NCBI GenBank assembly: GCA_017513085.1 | Contig: JAFWDK010000008.1 | Span: forward strand, 1-64,000 | DNA: 64,000 bases | Reading direction: 5' to 3' | From: Clostridiales bacterium | Lineage (GTDB): Bacteria; Bacillota; Clostridia; Saccharofermentanales; Saccharofermentanaceae | Shown: positions 50,788-64,000 of the stretch, in pieces | Numbering within the stretch: position 1 is the stretch's first letter | How the letters are laid out: every line of letters starts with the position of its first letter | Notes under the pieces: model-generated | Told to the model about the DNA's origin: nothing | What the model saw: only the letters and a program-made list of their open reading frames with translations | The model's database searches: none | Translations under genes and position numbers: made by a program

Positions 50788-52022
50788 ACGTCCTCCTTAA
50801 AACCGCCGTGCGGGTGGTCTTCCCGATCTCCCGGACAAAGGTCTTCCTTCCCTTCCAGCTGTGTCGCCCGCATGACGATATTATACCCGTATCTTGCCCG
50901 CAAAGTATCGAGCGCAGTATTGACTTTATCATCACGCTGCATCTTCTCAAAATCTTCAAACACCGTCATCTGACGGTACCCGCCTTCATCCGACAGATTG
51001 GTCGTGCGCACTCCGATACTACGCAAAGGTGCATGCCAGTCATAACTCTCATCGAAAAGCTCCATGGCAAGCTGTGCGATCGCCTTCTCATCGTTCGTCT
51101 CGGACGGGAGCGCACGCTGTTTCTCATAGGATTTCAGTTCCGTATCCCTCACCCAGATCGTCACGGTCTTGGCCAGAAAGTGATGTTTCCGAAGACGCCC
51201 GGCCACCTGCGCGGACAAAGCAACGATCACTTTCCACACATCATGGCGGTCAACCATGTCTCTCGGTGTCGTCGTACTGTTTCCGACAGACTTGAGCGGA
51301 CGGGAATACGACTCCTCCCTGACCGGCGCCTCGTCTCTCCCGTTAGCATGCTCCCATAAGCTGAACCCGTTCTTTCCCATGGCGGAAATTACATAATCCC
51401 GATCCAGTCGCGCCAGATCGCCTATCGTCCGGACATTGATCTTGTGAAAAGCATCAGCGGTCGCCTTCCCGACAAAGAGAAGATCCGACACGGGCAATGG
51501 CCAGACGATATCACGGAAATTCTCCTCCGTGATGATCGTAGTAGCATTCGGTTTCTTATAATCGGATCCGAGTTTGGCAAACGTCTTATTAAAACTGACA
51601 CCGACCGAACAACTCAAAAACAGTTCTTCCTTCACACGTCTTCTGATCTCATCCGCGATCTGTTCAGGATGCCCTCCGGAACTCTCCGTGATATCCAGCC
51701 AGCACTCATCCAACCCGAAAGGTTCGACCTTATCCGTATACTGCAGGAACATCTCCCGAAGCTTCTCCGAAAAATATACATACTGGTCAAAATGAGCCGG
51801 CACGATAAGAAGATCCGGGCATTTTTGCCTGGCCTGCCAGAGCGCCTCGGCCGTCTTCACACCGCACGCCTGAGCCAGCGGATTCTTCGCCAGAATAATT
51901 CCGTGACGCTTCTCACTGTCCCCGCCGACAGCCATAGGAATATTGCGCCACTCCGGGTGGCTGCGCATCTCTACAGAAGCGAAAAAACAGTTCTGATCCA
52001 CATGTAAAATGTCCCTATGCAC
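50784..52022 (-). CDS. dinB: DNA polymerase IV (Y family)
   Basis: ILHVDQNCFFASVE, GLDECWLD, AKLGSDYKKP. Confidence 0.95.
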   Translation of the reverse strand: MHRDILHVDQNCFFASVEMRSHPEWRNIPMAVGGDSEKRHGIILAKNPLAQACGVKTAEALWQARQKCPDLLIVPAHFDQYVYFSEKLREMFLQYTDKVEPFGLDECWLDITESSGGHPEQIADEIRRRVKEELFLSCSVGVSFNKTFAKLGSDYKKPNATTIITEENFRDIVWPLPVSDLLFVGKATADAFHKINVRTIGDLARLDRDYVISAMGKNGFSLWEHANGRDEAPVREESYSRPLKSVGNSTTTPRDMVDRHDVWKVIVALSAQVAGRLRKHHFLAKTVTIWVRDTELKSYEKQRALPSETNDEKAIAQLAMELFDESYDWHAPLRSIGVRTTNLSDEGGYRQMTVFEDFEKMQRDDKVNTALDTLRARYGYNIVMRATQLEGKEDLCPGDREDHPHGGFKEDV

Positions 52023-52248
52023 TATGTCTCTCCTTGGCTGGAATCAAACGTTTGTTTGTTTTTCTATAACTATAATATCACCTTTTTTGAACAAACTCCA
52101 GACTTTACAAAATGGACATGTTTTATTTTCATTTTCGCTTTTATTTTAGAAGTGAGAAATGTATAATTACAAATAGACAAGTTTTTTTATTGTTGTAAAT
52201 TTGGCGACCCTGAAGAAGGTGCATTTTTTAACAAAGGATGGTGGATTT

Positions 52249-52956
52249 ATGGCAAAGCATCGTATTTTATTGGTAGATGACGATACCGATATTCTTGAGA
52301 TCAATCGCTCGTTTTTGTCAAACGAAGGCTATGAAGTCAGCGTAGCTACAAATATTTCCCAGACACTGCAAAAAGTGGAGACTAATGCTTACGATTGCAT
52401 TGTCCTGGACATCATGCTTCCGGATGGTAATGCCTTTGATCTTCCTTCGAAGATCCATGTACACTGCAATACTCCGATCATCTTCCTTTCCGCTAAGGAT
52501 CAGACAGAAGACAAGATCGCAGGTCTGCGTGCCGGCGGCTCTGACTATATGACGAAGCCGTATAGTCTTCCTGAGCTCTCCGCTCGTATCGCTGCCCACA
52601 TCCGCAGCAATATGGCACGTGACGGCTTCCTTATGGAATTCCCGCCGCTGACCATGAACGTGAAGACCCGTGAGGTTACGCTTAATGGCACACCTGTTCA
52701 TCTTACCAATCGTGAGTTCGACATTCTCCGTCTCCTGGCGGAAACACCGAACGTAATCGTTCCTTTTGCACGCATTTATGCAAATGTATGGGGTGACGAT
52801 GGTCTGTGCGACAATCACCTCGTAATGGTCAATATCAGTTATCTGAGAAAGAAGATGGAAAAGGCTGATCCGACTGTTCAGTTTGTTAAGACAGAATGGG
52901 GTAGCGGCTACTCCTTCACCTTCCCACCGATCAGAAATACGATGCGCGCCGAGTAA
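52249..52956 (+). CDS. OmpR-family response regulator
   Basis: LLVDDD, LDIMLPD, FLSA, DYMTKP, LTNREF, TEWGSGY. Confidence 0.95.
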   Translation: MAKHRILLVDDDTDILEINRSFLSNEGYEVSVATNISQTLQKVETNAYDCIVLDIMLPDGNAFDLPSKIHVHCNTPIIFLSAKDQTEDKIAGLRAGGSDYMTKPYSLPELSARIAAHIRSNMARDGFLMEFPPLTMNVKTREVTLNGTPVHLTNREFDILRLLAETPNVIVPFARIYANVWGDDGLCDNHLVMVNISYLRKKMEKADPTVQFVKTEWGSGYSFTFPPIRNTMRAE

Positions 52957-52981
52957 GCTTAGTCGGAAAGCGTGACAAAGC

Positions 52982-55180
52982 ATGTCCAAGGATCGCAACT
53001 CTATTGCCAAGAAGCGTCTTTCCGTAACCGCGTATCTTATCTTAGTTATTTTTGCAATCGCTGTCTTGTCGGTAGTTTTCCTTCTGGTAAACTACCGGCG
53101 GAGCAGCGATTATTCTTTTACAGATGATGGCGTGCTGGATCTTCGCAACTGGAACGACGACAGTTCCCCTATCATTCTGGGCAAAGGCTGGCAGTTCTAT
53201 CCGCATCAGCTCCTGACTCCGGAAGATGTCAGAAGAGACAGACGTGTGCAAGCCACCACCGGCGAAATCGAATACAATTGCTATGAAAACGTGCAGATCA
53301 CGACCGAAGGCTGGCGTGATCTGGGCTCTTCGGCGACACTCAAGCAAGCCGGAAACGGAAGCAAGACCGAACCCATGGAATCTTTTGGTTTCGGCACGTA
53401 CTGCCTCGATCTCGTATTCAGCAGCACTACAGATTATGTTACGATCAATCTGCCGAACATTGCCCAATCCGCCAGGATCTGGGTCAACGGAAAAACCATA
53501 CGTCATTTCGGTATAGTTTCCACATATGAAGCAGCATATGTACCGGAAGAGATCAGCACGGATATCCAGGTAGAGCCTTCAGAAACCGGACATGTTGAGA
53601 TCATCATCAACTGCGCCAACTTCTCCGCGCCTAACGGAGGCATTCTCTGCAGTCCATGTCTGGCATCCACTTCTTCCATCGAGCTGATCAAGTACAGTAC
53701 CAGAATGTATCTGGCTGTACTCATCGTACTGTGGATCGGATTCCTGATCGGCGGTCTTTATATCTCCCAGACCTTCCAGGGAAAGAGCAAGTTCTACTTC
53801 TTCATGCTGTTCTTCCTGTTTGAGATCCTGTATGAGAATTTCGATCCGGCGGTTACGCTTCTTCCGGGATCGTGGAACTATCTGCTCCGCGTTACGATCC
53901 TGATCTTTATGAATTACTTCTCATTTCTTTTCTATGTTTCATTGTACCCGAGAGGCGCCAGCAAGCTGAACGATAAGATCCGTTATTTCGAGTCGATCTT
54001 CTTCTCACTTATTTCGGTCCTTTACATTCTGACTTACTGGTGTTTCCCGAGATTCCTGTATCAGCGGTCCTCGGTATTCGCAAACTTCATTCTGATTCTG
54101 TTCACCAATCTGTATTGCATGAGCAAAGTCTTCTACATGGTCCGCCGACATGAACACGGACACTATCTGTATACACTTTCCGTGATGGTAACCAGCTTCC
54201 TTCACTTTTCGGTATTCATCCAGACACAGTACTATATCCCGATCACGCTGCATGCGTTTATTCTTATCTTCTTCACATTGATCTACGGCAGTTACTTCAT
54301 CATGGATTATGTGAAGACTTTTGAGAAGCTCTCGTTCCATAATAAGAATCTGGAAAGTGCGGTGGATGAAAAAACCAAGTATATCGCCAAAGTTAATCAG
54401 GATCTTCTTCGTAACCATGAGAAGCTCCTCGAAAACGAAGAAGCAAGAAAAAAGATGCTCTCCAACGTTTCTCACGATCTTCGTACACCGATCACAGCGA
54501 TCCGCGGATATGTCGAGCTGATGCTGAATGCAAAAGAACCCCTCCCCCGCGAACAGGAAGTCCAGTATCTTAAGAATATCCATACACGTAGCACACAAAT
54601 GGAGCAGCTTATCTCCGACCTGGTACAGCTGACACGTCTGGAATCGGAGAATGACACATTGGATCTGATGCCCATCAGCGTCAAAGAGATGGTTCACGAT
54701 CTATATACGCTCTACCACGCCGAGTGCGAAGGAACGAAAAAACAAGTGCTTTTTGAGGCGCCGGATGACGACGATCTGCTCATCGACGGCGATGCCAAGA
54801 AGTTACTGCGCGTATTTGAAAACATCATCGTCAACGCTATGAAATATACACGCGAGGACGGCATTATCCGCATCATCTGTCACCGATACGGCGATCCGGC
54901 CATGCTGGGCGGCAATGCGGTGGAAGTAATCGTGAAAGACAACGGCGTAGGTATTCCGCCTAACGAAGTACCCTACGTTTTTGACCGCTTCTACCGTGCC
55001 GAAAACTCCGGCATCAACAAGACGGGTTCCGGGCTTGGTCTTTCCATCGTGAAGAGCATCATGGATAAGCACGGCGGCAAGATCTGGGCCGAGAGCGAAG
55101 AAGGACAAGGATCGGAATTCCATATCGTATTCCGCGCCTCCGAGTTCAACTTTGACGAAGAACCGGAAGAGGAAGAATGA
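52982..55180 (+). CDS. Sensor histidine kinase with extracellular beta-sandwich and multi-TM (7TM-DISM-like) input
   Basis: GVLDLRNW..WQFYP; multiple TMs; SHDLRTP, NIIVNAMKY, DNGVGI, GSGLGL. Confidence 0.92.
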   Translation: MSKDRNSIAKKRLSVTAYLILVIFAIAVLSVVFLLVNYRRSSDYSFTDDGVLDLRNWNDDSSPIILGKGWQFYPHQLLTPEDVRRDRRVQATTGEIEYNCYENVQITTEGWRDLGSSATLKQAGNGSKTEPMESFGFGTYCLDLVFSSTTDYVTINLPNIAQSARIWVNGKTIRHFGIVSTYEAAYVPEEISTDIQVEPSETGHVEIIINCANFSAPNGGILCSPCLASTSSIELIKYSTRMYLAVLIVLWIGFLIGGLYISQTFQGKSKFYFFMLFFLFEILYENFDPAVTLLPGSWNYLLRVTILIFMNYFSFLFYVSLYPRGASKLNDKIRYFESIFFSLISVLYILTYWCFPRFLYQRSSVFANFILILFTNLYCMSKVFYMVRRHEHGHYLYTLSVMVTSFLHFSVFIQTQYYIPITLHAFILIFFTLIYGSYFIMDYVKTFEKLSFHNKNLESAVDEKTKYIAKVNQDLLRNHEKLLENEEARKKMLSNVSHDLRTPITAIRGYVELMLNAKEPLPREQEVQYLKNIHTRSTQMEQLISDLVQLTRLESENDTLDLMPISVKEMVHDLYTLYHAECEGTKKQVLFEAPDDDDLLIDGDAKKLLRVFENIIVNAMKYTREDGIIRIICHRYGDPAMLGGNAVEVIVKDNGVGIPPNEVPYVFDRFYRAENSGINKTGSGLGLSIVKSIMDKHGGKIWAESEEGQGSEFHIVFRASEFNFDEEPEEEE

Positions 55181-55210
55181 TCCAAAGACGAACATAAAAC
55201 AGGCACAAAG

Positions 55211-55246
55211 AAAGAGAGGACATCCCCTACGAGACGTCCTCTCTTT
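55211..55246. terminator. Bidirectional terminator
   Basis: AAAGAGAGGAC..GTCCTCTCTTT. Confidence 0.8.
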
Positions 55247-55275
55247 CACATTAAGCTCTTGTGTTCAAAAAGCAC

Positions 55276-55479
55276 TTACGCGTTTGCTTCCAGGTACTCA
55301 TTCAGAGCAGTGACGAGCTGGTCACAATCCAGACCATGTACTGCGCAAGCTTCCTCGATCGACTCACCATGAGCCATCGCGCAACCCAGGCAATGCAGTC
55401 CGCTGTTCATAAAGATCGGTACCAGATCCTGGTGCTCGTTCAATACTTCCGCAATGATCATATCTTTAGTAATAGCCAT
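55276..55479 (-). CDS. DUF1858 domain protein
   Basis: ITKDMIIAEV..GLHCLGC..ESIEEACAVHG. Confidence 0.9.
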   Translation of the reverse strand: MAITKDMIIAEVLNEHQDLVPIFMNSGLHCLGCAMAHGESIEEACAVHGLDCDQLVTALNEYLEANA

Positions 55480-55634
55480 ATTCTATTTCCTCCATTGTAA
55501 ACATATACTGCTACATTACCACGAGTTGACAGAGAATGCAATTTGAAATTCCTTAGGTTTATTTCTCAGTTTTTGATACGTTTATGTTATATTGGAAAGA
55601 GATCAAACCGAAAACCAGAAGGAGGAAACGATAC

Positions 55635-56972
55635 ATGAAACTCAACTATAAGCGGACGCTTCTCTCCGGAATGGCATTTCTGGTCATCATGGCTTTTTGG
55701 CAGATGTACGATAACGTACTTCCTCTCATGCTGAGAAGCACCTTTCATCTGAATGAAACCCTGATCGGCGTGATCATGGCTTCCGACAATATTCTGGCGC
55801 TGTTCCTGCTACCGCTTTTCGGTAAGCTTTCCGATCACACACATACCCGTATCGGTAAACGTATGCCGTATATCCTGTTTGGCACCGGACTTGCCATCAT
55901 CTTTACCAACATACTTCCCATACTGGACAACAGCTACTACGCTTCGGCCGGCAACCTGAAAATGGTTTCCTTCATCGTAACACTCGGACTCCTTCTGATC
56001 GCCATGGCGGTCTTCCGCTCTCCGGCGGTCGCCCTGATGCCTGATGTTACGCCGAAGCCTTTGCGTTCTCAGGGAAATGCCGTAGTTAACCTGATGGGCG
56101 CGCTGGGCGGTATCATCTACCTTATCTTTTCTGCACTGATGTATCCGGAATCCAAGACAAAAGCAGCCGAGCATGTCAATTATCAGCCGCTTTTCATCTT
56201 CATCGCTTCCCTCATGTTCGTCGTCATCGGAATCATGTTTCTGACTGTGCGCGAGCCTAAGTGGTCAAAAGAAAACTCAGAAATCGAAAAAGCACATCCT
56301 GAATGGGATCTTACCGAAAAGACCAAAGACAAAAGATCCCGTCTGCCCAAACCGGTCCTGCGCTCCATGATCTTCCTTCTCATGTCCGTCGCGCTCTGGT
56401 ATTTCGCCTATAATGCGCTGACAACATGGTTCACTTCTTATGTGGATATCGTCATGGATAAACAATTAGGCTTTGCTTCAACTTGTTTTCTGGTAACCAA
56501 TGTCGGCGCGATCCTTTTCTTTATCCCCGCAGGCATAATTGCTTCTAAGATCGGACGGAAGAAATCGATCCTGACCGGCACTTTGATCTTCAGCAGTTGC
56601 TTCCTGGCCGCATTTTTCATCACGACATCAGCCAAAGAAAACGCCATCATTCCAATGTATATCGACTTCTTTATCGTCGGAGTCTCCTGGGCACTGATCA
56701 ACGTCAACTCCCTGCCTATGGCCGTAGAGATGTGCAATGGCGCGGACACCGGCAAATTCACCGGTTATTACTATGCCGCTTCCATGAGCGCACAAGTCGT
56801 AACGCCGGTCCTTGCAGGCTTTTTGCTCCGTTACATCGGTTATAAGATCCTCTTTCCGTATGCGGCTGTTTTTGCCTTTTTGAGTTTCACAACCATGCTC
56901 TTCGTCCGGCATGGGGATAATCGTGTCGCGGCAGTCAAAAATCTGAATGCTTTTGAAGATATGGATCTATGA
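55635..56972 (+). CDS. MFS transporter (SLC45/maltose-sucrose permease-like)
   Basis: GKLSDHTHTRIGKRMPY, RSPAVALMPD, GKFTGYYY. Confidence 0.9.
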   Translation: MKLNYKRTLLSGMAFLVIMAFWQMYDNVLPLMLRSTFHLNETLIGVIMASDNILALFLLPLFGKLSDHTHTRIGKRMPYILFGTGLAIIFTNILPILDNSYYASAGNLKMVSFIVTLGLLLIAMAVFRSPAVALMPDVTPKPLRSQGNAVVNLMGALGGIIYLIFSALMYPESKTKAAEHVNYQPLFIFIASLMFVVIGIMFLTVREPKWSKENSEIEKAHPEWDLTEKTKDKRSRLPKPVLRSMIFLLMSVALWYFAYNALTTWFTSYVDIVMDKQLGFASTCFLVTNVGAILFFIPAGIIASKIGRKKSILTGTLIFSSCFLAAFFITTSAKENAIIPMYIDFFIVGVSWALINVNSLPMAVEMCNGADTGKFTGYYYAASMSAQVVTPVLAGFLLRYIGYKILFPYAAVFAFLSFTTMLFVRHGDNRVAAVKNLNAFEDMDL

Positions 56973-57060
56973 TTATATAGAGTATAAAAAGATAATAGCA
57001 TCTTGACAAATACAAATGTTATGCTTGTCTGCAGATTTGAAGGAAAAATCGAAAAAACCC

Positions 57061-57089
57061 TTGACAATAGGCGATTTGACGTTCATAAT
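57061..57089 (+). promoter_or_regulatory. Sigma-A promoter of hup
   Basis: TTGACA-17nt-CATAAT. Confidence 0.75.
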
Positions 57090-57126
57090 AACGATTGTTA
57101 ATAAAGCCCTGAAGGAGGCATTGATT

Positions 57127-57411
57127 ATGAATAAATCAGAACTTATTGATGCAGTTGCAAAGTCAACAAAGTTGACAAAGAAGGATGCTGAGGCAGCTAT
57201 CAACGCTACACTCGATGCTATCGGCGATGCTCTCGCTGCTAAGAAGCCGGAGAAGGTTGTTCTCGTTGGTTTCGGTACATTCGAGACAAAGAAGCGTGCA
57301 GCTCGTAAGGGTCGCAACCCGAGCACAAAGGAAGTTATCGACATTCCTGCTTCCAAGGCTCCTGTTTTCAAGGCTGGTAAGGGCCTGAAGGACAAGGTTA
57401 ACAAGAAGTAA
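57127..57411 (+). CDS. hup: DNA-binding protein HU
   Basis: MNKSELIDAVA, GFGTF, RAARKGRNP, PVFKAGKGLK. Confidence 0.97.
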   Translation: MNKSELIDAVAKSTKLTKKDAEAAINATLDAIGDALAAKKPEKVVLVGFGTFETKKRAARKGRNPSTKEVIDIPASKAPVFKAGKGLKDKVNKK

Positions 57412-57433
57412 TTTTTGTTAGATTGTTAGATCA

Positions 57434-57468
57434 AAAAGACTGTCTCATCGAGGCAGTCTTTTTCTTTT
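57434..57468. terminator. Bidirectional terminator after hup
   Basis: AAAAAGACTGTCTC-ATC-GAGGCAGTCTTTTT. Confidence 0.85.
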
Positions 57469-57487
57469 GCCGTTATTCAGATCCCCA

Positions 57488-58102
57488 TCAATATTCCGAT
57501 CTTCCGTAACTTCGGAAAACTTCCTCCATGGAGGCATCCAGGAGCCGGTTGATCATGGATACCACACGGGTCTCCTCCCCTCCTTTTGCCCGTCGTTTCA
57601 TGGCATAACGGATATTTCTTTCCACCTGGCTGGGTGACATATGAAATACAGGCATGGCCTTCGGATAAAGAAGCTTGGCCACGCCACGAAGGAGCGACGG
57701 GTCCTGGAACAACTGATAGATCAGGAAACGCAAAATCTGTGTTCCGACCAGAGTCGGATCAAATCCGTTCTTCTTCAATGTCGTCTCGATCGCATAATAA
57801 ACATATGCATCGTCGGCATGCGCACTTCGCCGGTCGGCACCGGTAATGCTCATTACTTTCTGATTGACCTGATTTGCCGCAAATTCACGGCCACGACGGC
57901 CGTCAACAAGATAGTGCACTTTCCCGTCCGCACTACTGATTCCGACCATTCCATTGTTGAGAAGCATGGAATTCACACAATTAAGAATCGCTCTATCATC
58001 ACATGCAATATAAAAACCATATTCATTCGGATTCTTGTGCTTGTATGAAGACTGCTCCCCAGAGGCAACTCTGCTGAAACTGTTCATATTTTCACACTCC
58101 AA
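57488..58102 (-). CDS. Protein with a Spo0A C-terminal DNA-binding-like domain and no recognisable receiver domain (start uncertain)
   Basis: GFDPTLVGTQILR..GVAKLLYP..SPSQVERNIRYA. Confidence 0.75.
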   Translation of the reverse strand: MECENMNSFSRVASGEQSSYKHKNPNEYGFYIACDDRAILNCVNSMLLNNGMVGISSADGKVHYLVDGRRGREFAANQVNQKVMSITGADRRSAHADDAYVYYAIETTLKKNGFDPTLVGTQILRFLIYQLFQDPSLLRGVAKLLYPKAMPVFHMSPSQVERNIRYAMKRRAKGGEETRVVSMINRLLDASMEEVFRSYGRSEY

Positions 58103-58163
58103 ATGTTTTTTCTATATTAAAACATCTTCAGAAAACGAAGTCTATATGATATAAGCACAATTT

Positions 58164-58591
58164 TTATTTTTTCACGAACTCTTCTTCCTTATCCTCATCA
58201 AGCTCTTCCGCCTTCTGAATCGAATAAGCATAGTGCGCATAAGGTGTATACTTGACCATCACCTCGTCGCCTTTCTCAAGCTCGAATTCAAAAGGATTCA
58301 CATAATAGATCACTCCATTGATCGTTATGTGATCCTTGAAATAAGACACCTTCTCGATTGTTCCTCTCTCCTGCTTAAACGTGGAACGCAAAACCGTCGT
58401 AGTATCCAAAACACGCGGAATCGAGAAAACAGCAAGCTGGACAAGCAGGATCACCATAAGCACGACCGGCATGAGGAATAAGAAACCATGACGCCAGCGA
58501 TTGTGCTGCGTATTCTTCGTTGCCCATAAAAACACGATCAGAAGCAGCAGGCTGATCAGAAGATGCACGCCAAGATTTCCCCAGAAATAAC

Positions 58592-58595
<4 letters not shown>
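58164..58595 (-). CDS. Hypothetical 2-TM membrane protein
   Basis: ORF coupled to the upstream gene; hydrophobic N-half. Confidence 0.75.
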
Positions 58596-61874
<3,279 letters not shown>

Positions 61875-61894
61875 TTGCCTTCACTCCGTATCAA

Positions 61895-62131
61895 TCAATC
61901 TTCAAACTCGTACGGATCATAATCTGCAAGAAGTTCCTTAAGAACAGCAACTTCTTCAGCAGTCAAAGTAATACCCTTTCCGGCACGCTCATGCTCCGGT
62001 GCCCAGTCACGGATATCCAGCTTCGGCTTACCGTCGTTCCAACGAATAATATTCACTTCACGATTCCAGTTAGATTTACTTGTAGACAAAATACCGATTT
62101 CCTTAACAACTTCGGACTTGATCTCTGCCAT
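61895..62131 (-). CDS. YdbC/PC4-like ssDNA-binding protein
   Basis: WNREVNIIRWNDGKPKLDIRDW..GKGITL. Confidence 0.92.
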   Translation of the reverse strand: MAEIKSEVVKEIGILSTSKSNWNREVNIIRWNDGKPKLDIRDWAPEHERAGKGITLTAEEVAVLKELLADYDPYEFED

Positions 62132-62242
62132 TTTCTTTTTCCTGCCTTCCTGTCAGGACATTTCCTGACAATTCTTTCAATACCAGATGATTATAACATA
62201 TGCTATTATATTTTTTGACTACAATTTCATTGGAGATGCAAA

Positions 62243-63106
62243 ATGACTTTCAACATCGGTACGATCCTGCTTTGTATCCTCGGTCTGGGGTTCCTGACCG
62301 GAATCATTCTGCTCGTCTATTCCTATCTTGAAGCCGGAAACCTCAAGGTCGACATCCGGGATATCGATGCGTACCGATCGTCCGATCAAAAGTCCGGAGA
62401 AACCGTGACAATAGGATTTTTCTCCGATTCACACGGTAAATTCTGTCATTTCAAACCGGAGCGAGTCTCCCGGGAATTTCTCGAACACAACTGCGACCTG
62501 GTGCTTTTCGGCGGAGATTGCTGTCTGCATCATCATGTCGACCCGACGGATCTTACCATGTTGCGGGAGGTCGCATCCGATCTGAAAACAAAGGATATCG
62601 ATCTTTTTGCCATCTACGGCAACCATGACGGACAGATGAAAGATGAATATTTCGAAGAGATGGGCGTGATCCTTCTCAAGGATTCCTGGCGGGAGATCAC
62701 CATCGGCAACGCCCGGTTTGCGCTTTGCGGACTTTACGACAGCGGGCGGGAAAACCGTGTCTGGCCGAAGATCCCGAAAGATTTCTCAGACTATCCGGGA
62801 TTCCGCCTTCTTCTTGTCCATAACCCTGATTATATCTATTCTCTTCCGGACTATACCGGAAAGAAAAACCTTCCTTACGATTATCAGCTTTCCGGTCATC
62901 TGCACGGCGGTCAGGTCCATCTTCCGTTCACGCTGGAATATAAACTTCTGCGCTATGACCGCATCGCCCTGGAAGAAAATATCCTCGGAGGCGCTTTTAC
63001 CTTCCGAGGACTTTCCGGTTTTATCTCCAAGGGTGTCGGTTGCGGCGCTCTTCCCATCCGTTTCCGCGCACGCCCGGAGATCCATATTTTACGTTTTCAT
63101 TTTTAA
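62243..63106 (+). CDS. Membrane-anchored metallophosphoesterase (YkuE/YaeI-like)
   Basis: SDSH, GGD, GNHD, HNPD, SGHLHGGQ. Confidence 0.92.
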   Translation: MTFNIGTILLCILGLGFLTGIILLVYSYLEAGNLKVDIRDIDAYRSSDQKSGETVTIGFFSDSHGKFCHFKPERVSREFLEHNCDLVLFGGDCCLHHHVDPTDLTMLREVASDLKTKDIDLFAIYGNHDGQMKDEYFEEMGVILLKDSWREITIGNARFALCGLYDSGRENRVWPKIPKDFSDYPGFRLLLVHNPDYIYSLPDYTGKKNLPYDYQLSGHLHGGQVHLPFTLEYKLLRYDRIALEENILGGAFTFRGLSGFISKGVGCGALPIRFRARPEIHILRFHF

Positions 63107-63115
63107 TACCGCTGC

Positions 63116-64000
63116 TTAGCGATTCTCTAAGAAGTGTGGAGTGAAGCAGCAGAAAAGTGTACCCAGACCAATGTTTACCACGGTTCCGATCACCAACGCC
63201 GGAAGCATCACATGAAGAACAATACCGACGATCACCGCAATAATGGCAGGGAACATTCCGATGTACAGGAATACCATCTGAACCACTGCTTTGATCGAAC
63301 TGCCCGTCTTTTGCGGCAGAGAAACGTTGATAAATGTACCCACTGCCGTGCCGAAGAAGCTGACGGATATGATGAACAGCATCCAGCCTAATACAACCAG
63401 AGGATTCTCCATCAGGAGAACGGTTACCACGATCAACGGAAGCAGAAGGTCGATTGCACAAACCACAAGTCCTCCGAACATGGAATACCACATTTTCATA
63501 AACGAAGAATCCGGAACGAGTACGAAAAACTCTCTTGATGTATCTTCTTCCAGAGGGTTGCCCAATGTCCGGTAAAATACCAGCACGATCAAAGCTATCG
63601 CAGGTACCACGATCGGGCTTGCGCCATCAATGTCACGTCCCAGCCAGGCCGCTACGCCGGCTACAAGTGTAAATACGATCGATGTCTTCGAAAGCACTTT
63701 GAAAATACCGAAGCGCAGGCGGTTATAGATCGGTTTGAAGAAGAATACGCTGGCGCCAAAACCATGCGAGAAACCTTCACGATTCAGCTTATCGCTTCTG
63801 TCTTTCTGTCTGGTCATAACACCACCATTGGCAGATCTCTTGGCATTGTCGAGCAATTCCGCTTTCTTCTCTGCCGCGCCAATAGCATCTTCGTAAAAAT
63901 CTGCTTTCATCTTCCAGATAAAGACGACCAGGCATGCGCAACCAAGGATAAACAAAGCCAGGAAGATCAAGGATCTTGCCACAGAACCGGTGAGCGCATA
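63116..64000 (-). CDS. Putative ABC-exporter membrane protein, partial (5' end beyond the window)
   Basis: DFYEDA, GFGASVFFFK, multiple TMs; no start with an RBS seen inside the window. Confidence 0.75.
   Translation of the reverse strand, partial: YALTGSVARSLIFLALFILGCACLVVFIWKMKADFYEDAIGAAEKKAELLDNAKRSANGGVMTRQKDRSDKLNREGFSHGFGASVFFFKPIYNRLRFGIFKVLSKTSIVFTLVAGVAAWLGRDIDGASPIVVPAIALIVLVFYRTLGNPLEEDTSREFFVLVPDSSFMKMWYSMFGGLVVCAIDLLLPLIVVTVLLMENPLVVLGWMLFIISVSFFGTAVGTFINVSLPQKTGSSIKAVVQMVFLYIGMFPAIIAVIVGIVLHVMLPALVIGTVVNIGLGTLFCCFTPHFLENR

Overview
64 kb of chromosomal DNA from a Clostridia (Firmicutes) bacterium. The glgC/glgD pair, ireB-ruvX-DUF1292, an HPr-like gene and several DUF4214 surface proteins suggest a Saccharofermentans-like gut/rumen lineage (inference). 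Most of the window is housekeeping: a glycogen operon, a 2-oxoacid:ferredoxin oxidoreductase operon, mscL, mtaB-ireB-ruvX, secG-rnr, a P-type ATPase, tRNA Val-Asp-Phe, azlCD, galM, ABC transporters, dinB, a two-component system, HU and ligA. I saw no prophage, transposase, integrase or CRISPR array. The main signal is an unannotated ~591-nt purine-rich, highly base-paired minus-strand element at 45817-46407. It has its own sigma-A promoter, a helix pairing its 5' and 3' ends, and a downstream terminator, so it is probably a large non-coding RNA (ROOL-sized or a new class). It converges on a two-gene unit: an NMP-kinase-like/PD-(D/E)XK fusion and an HPRT paralogue with a rewritten active site. 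Other oddities are a membrane-anchored pseudo-GH51 protein, a shared DUF4214 module on three different passenger domains, and histone-H1-like Lys tails on GlgA and GlgB. All family calls are from motif recognition by eye; no searches were run.
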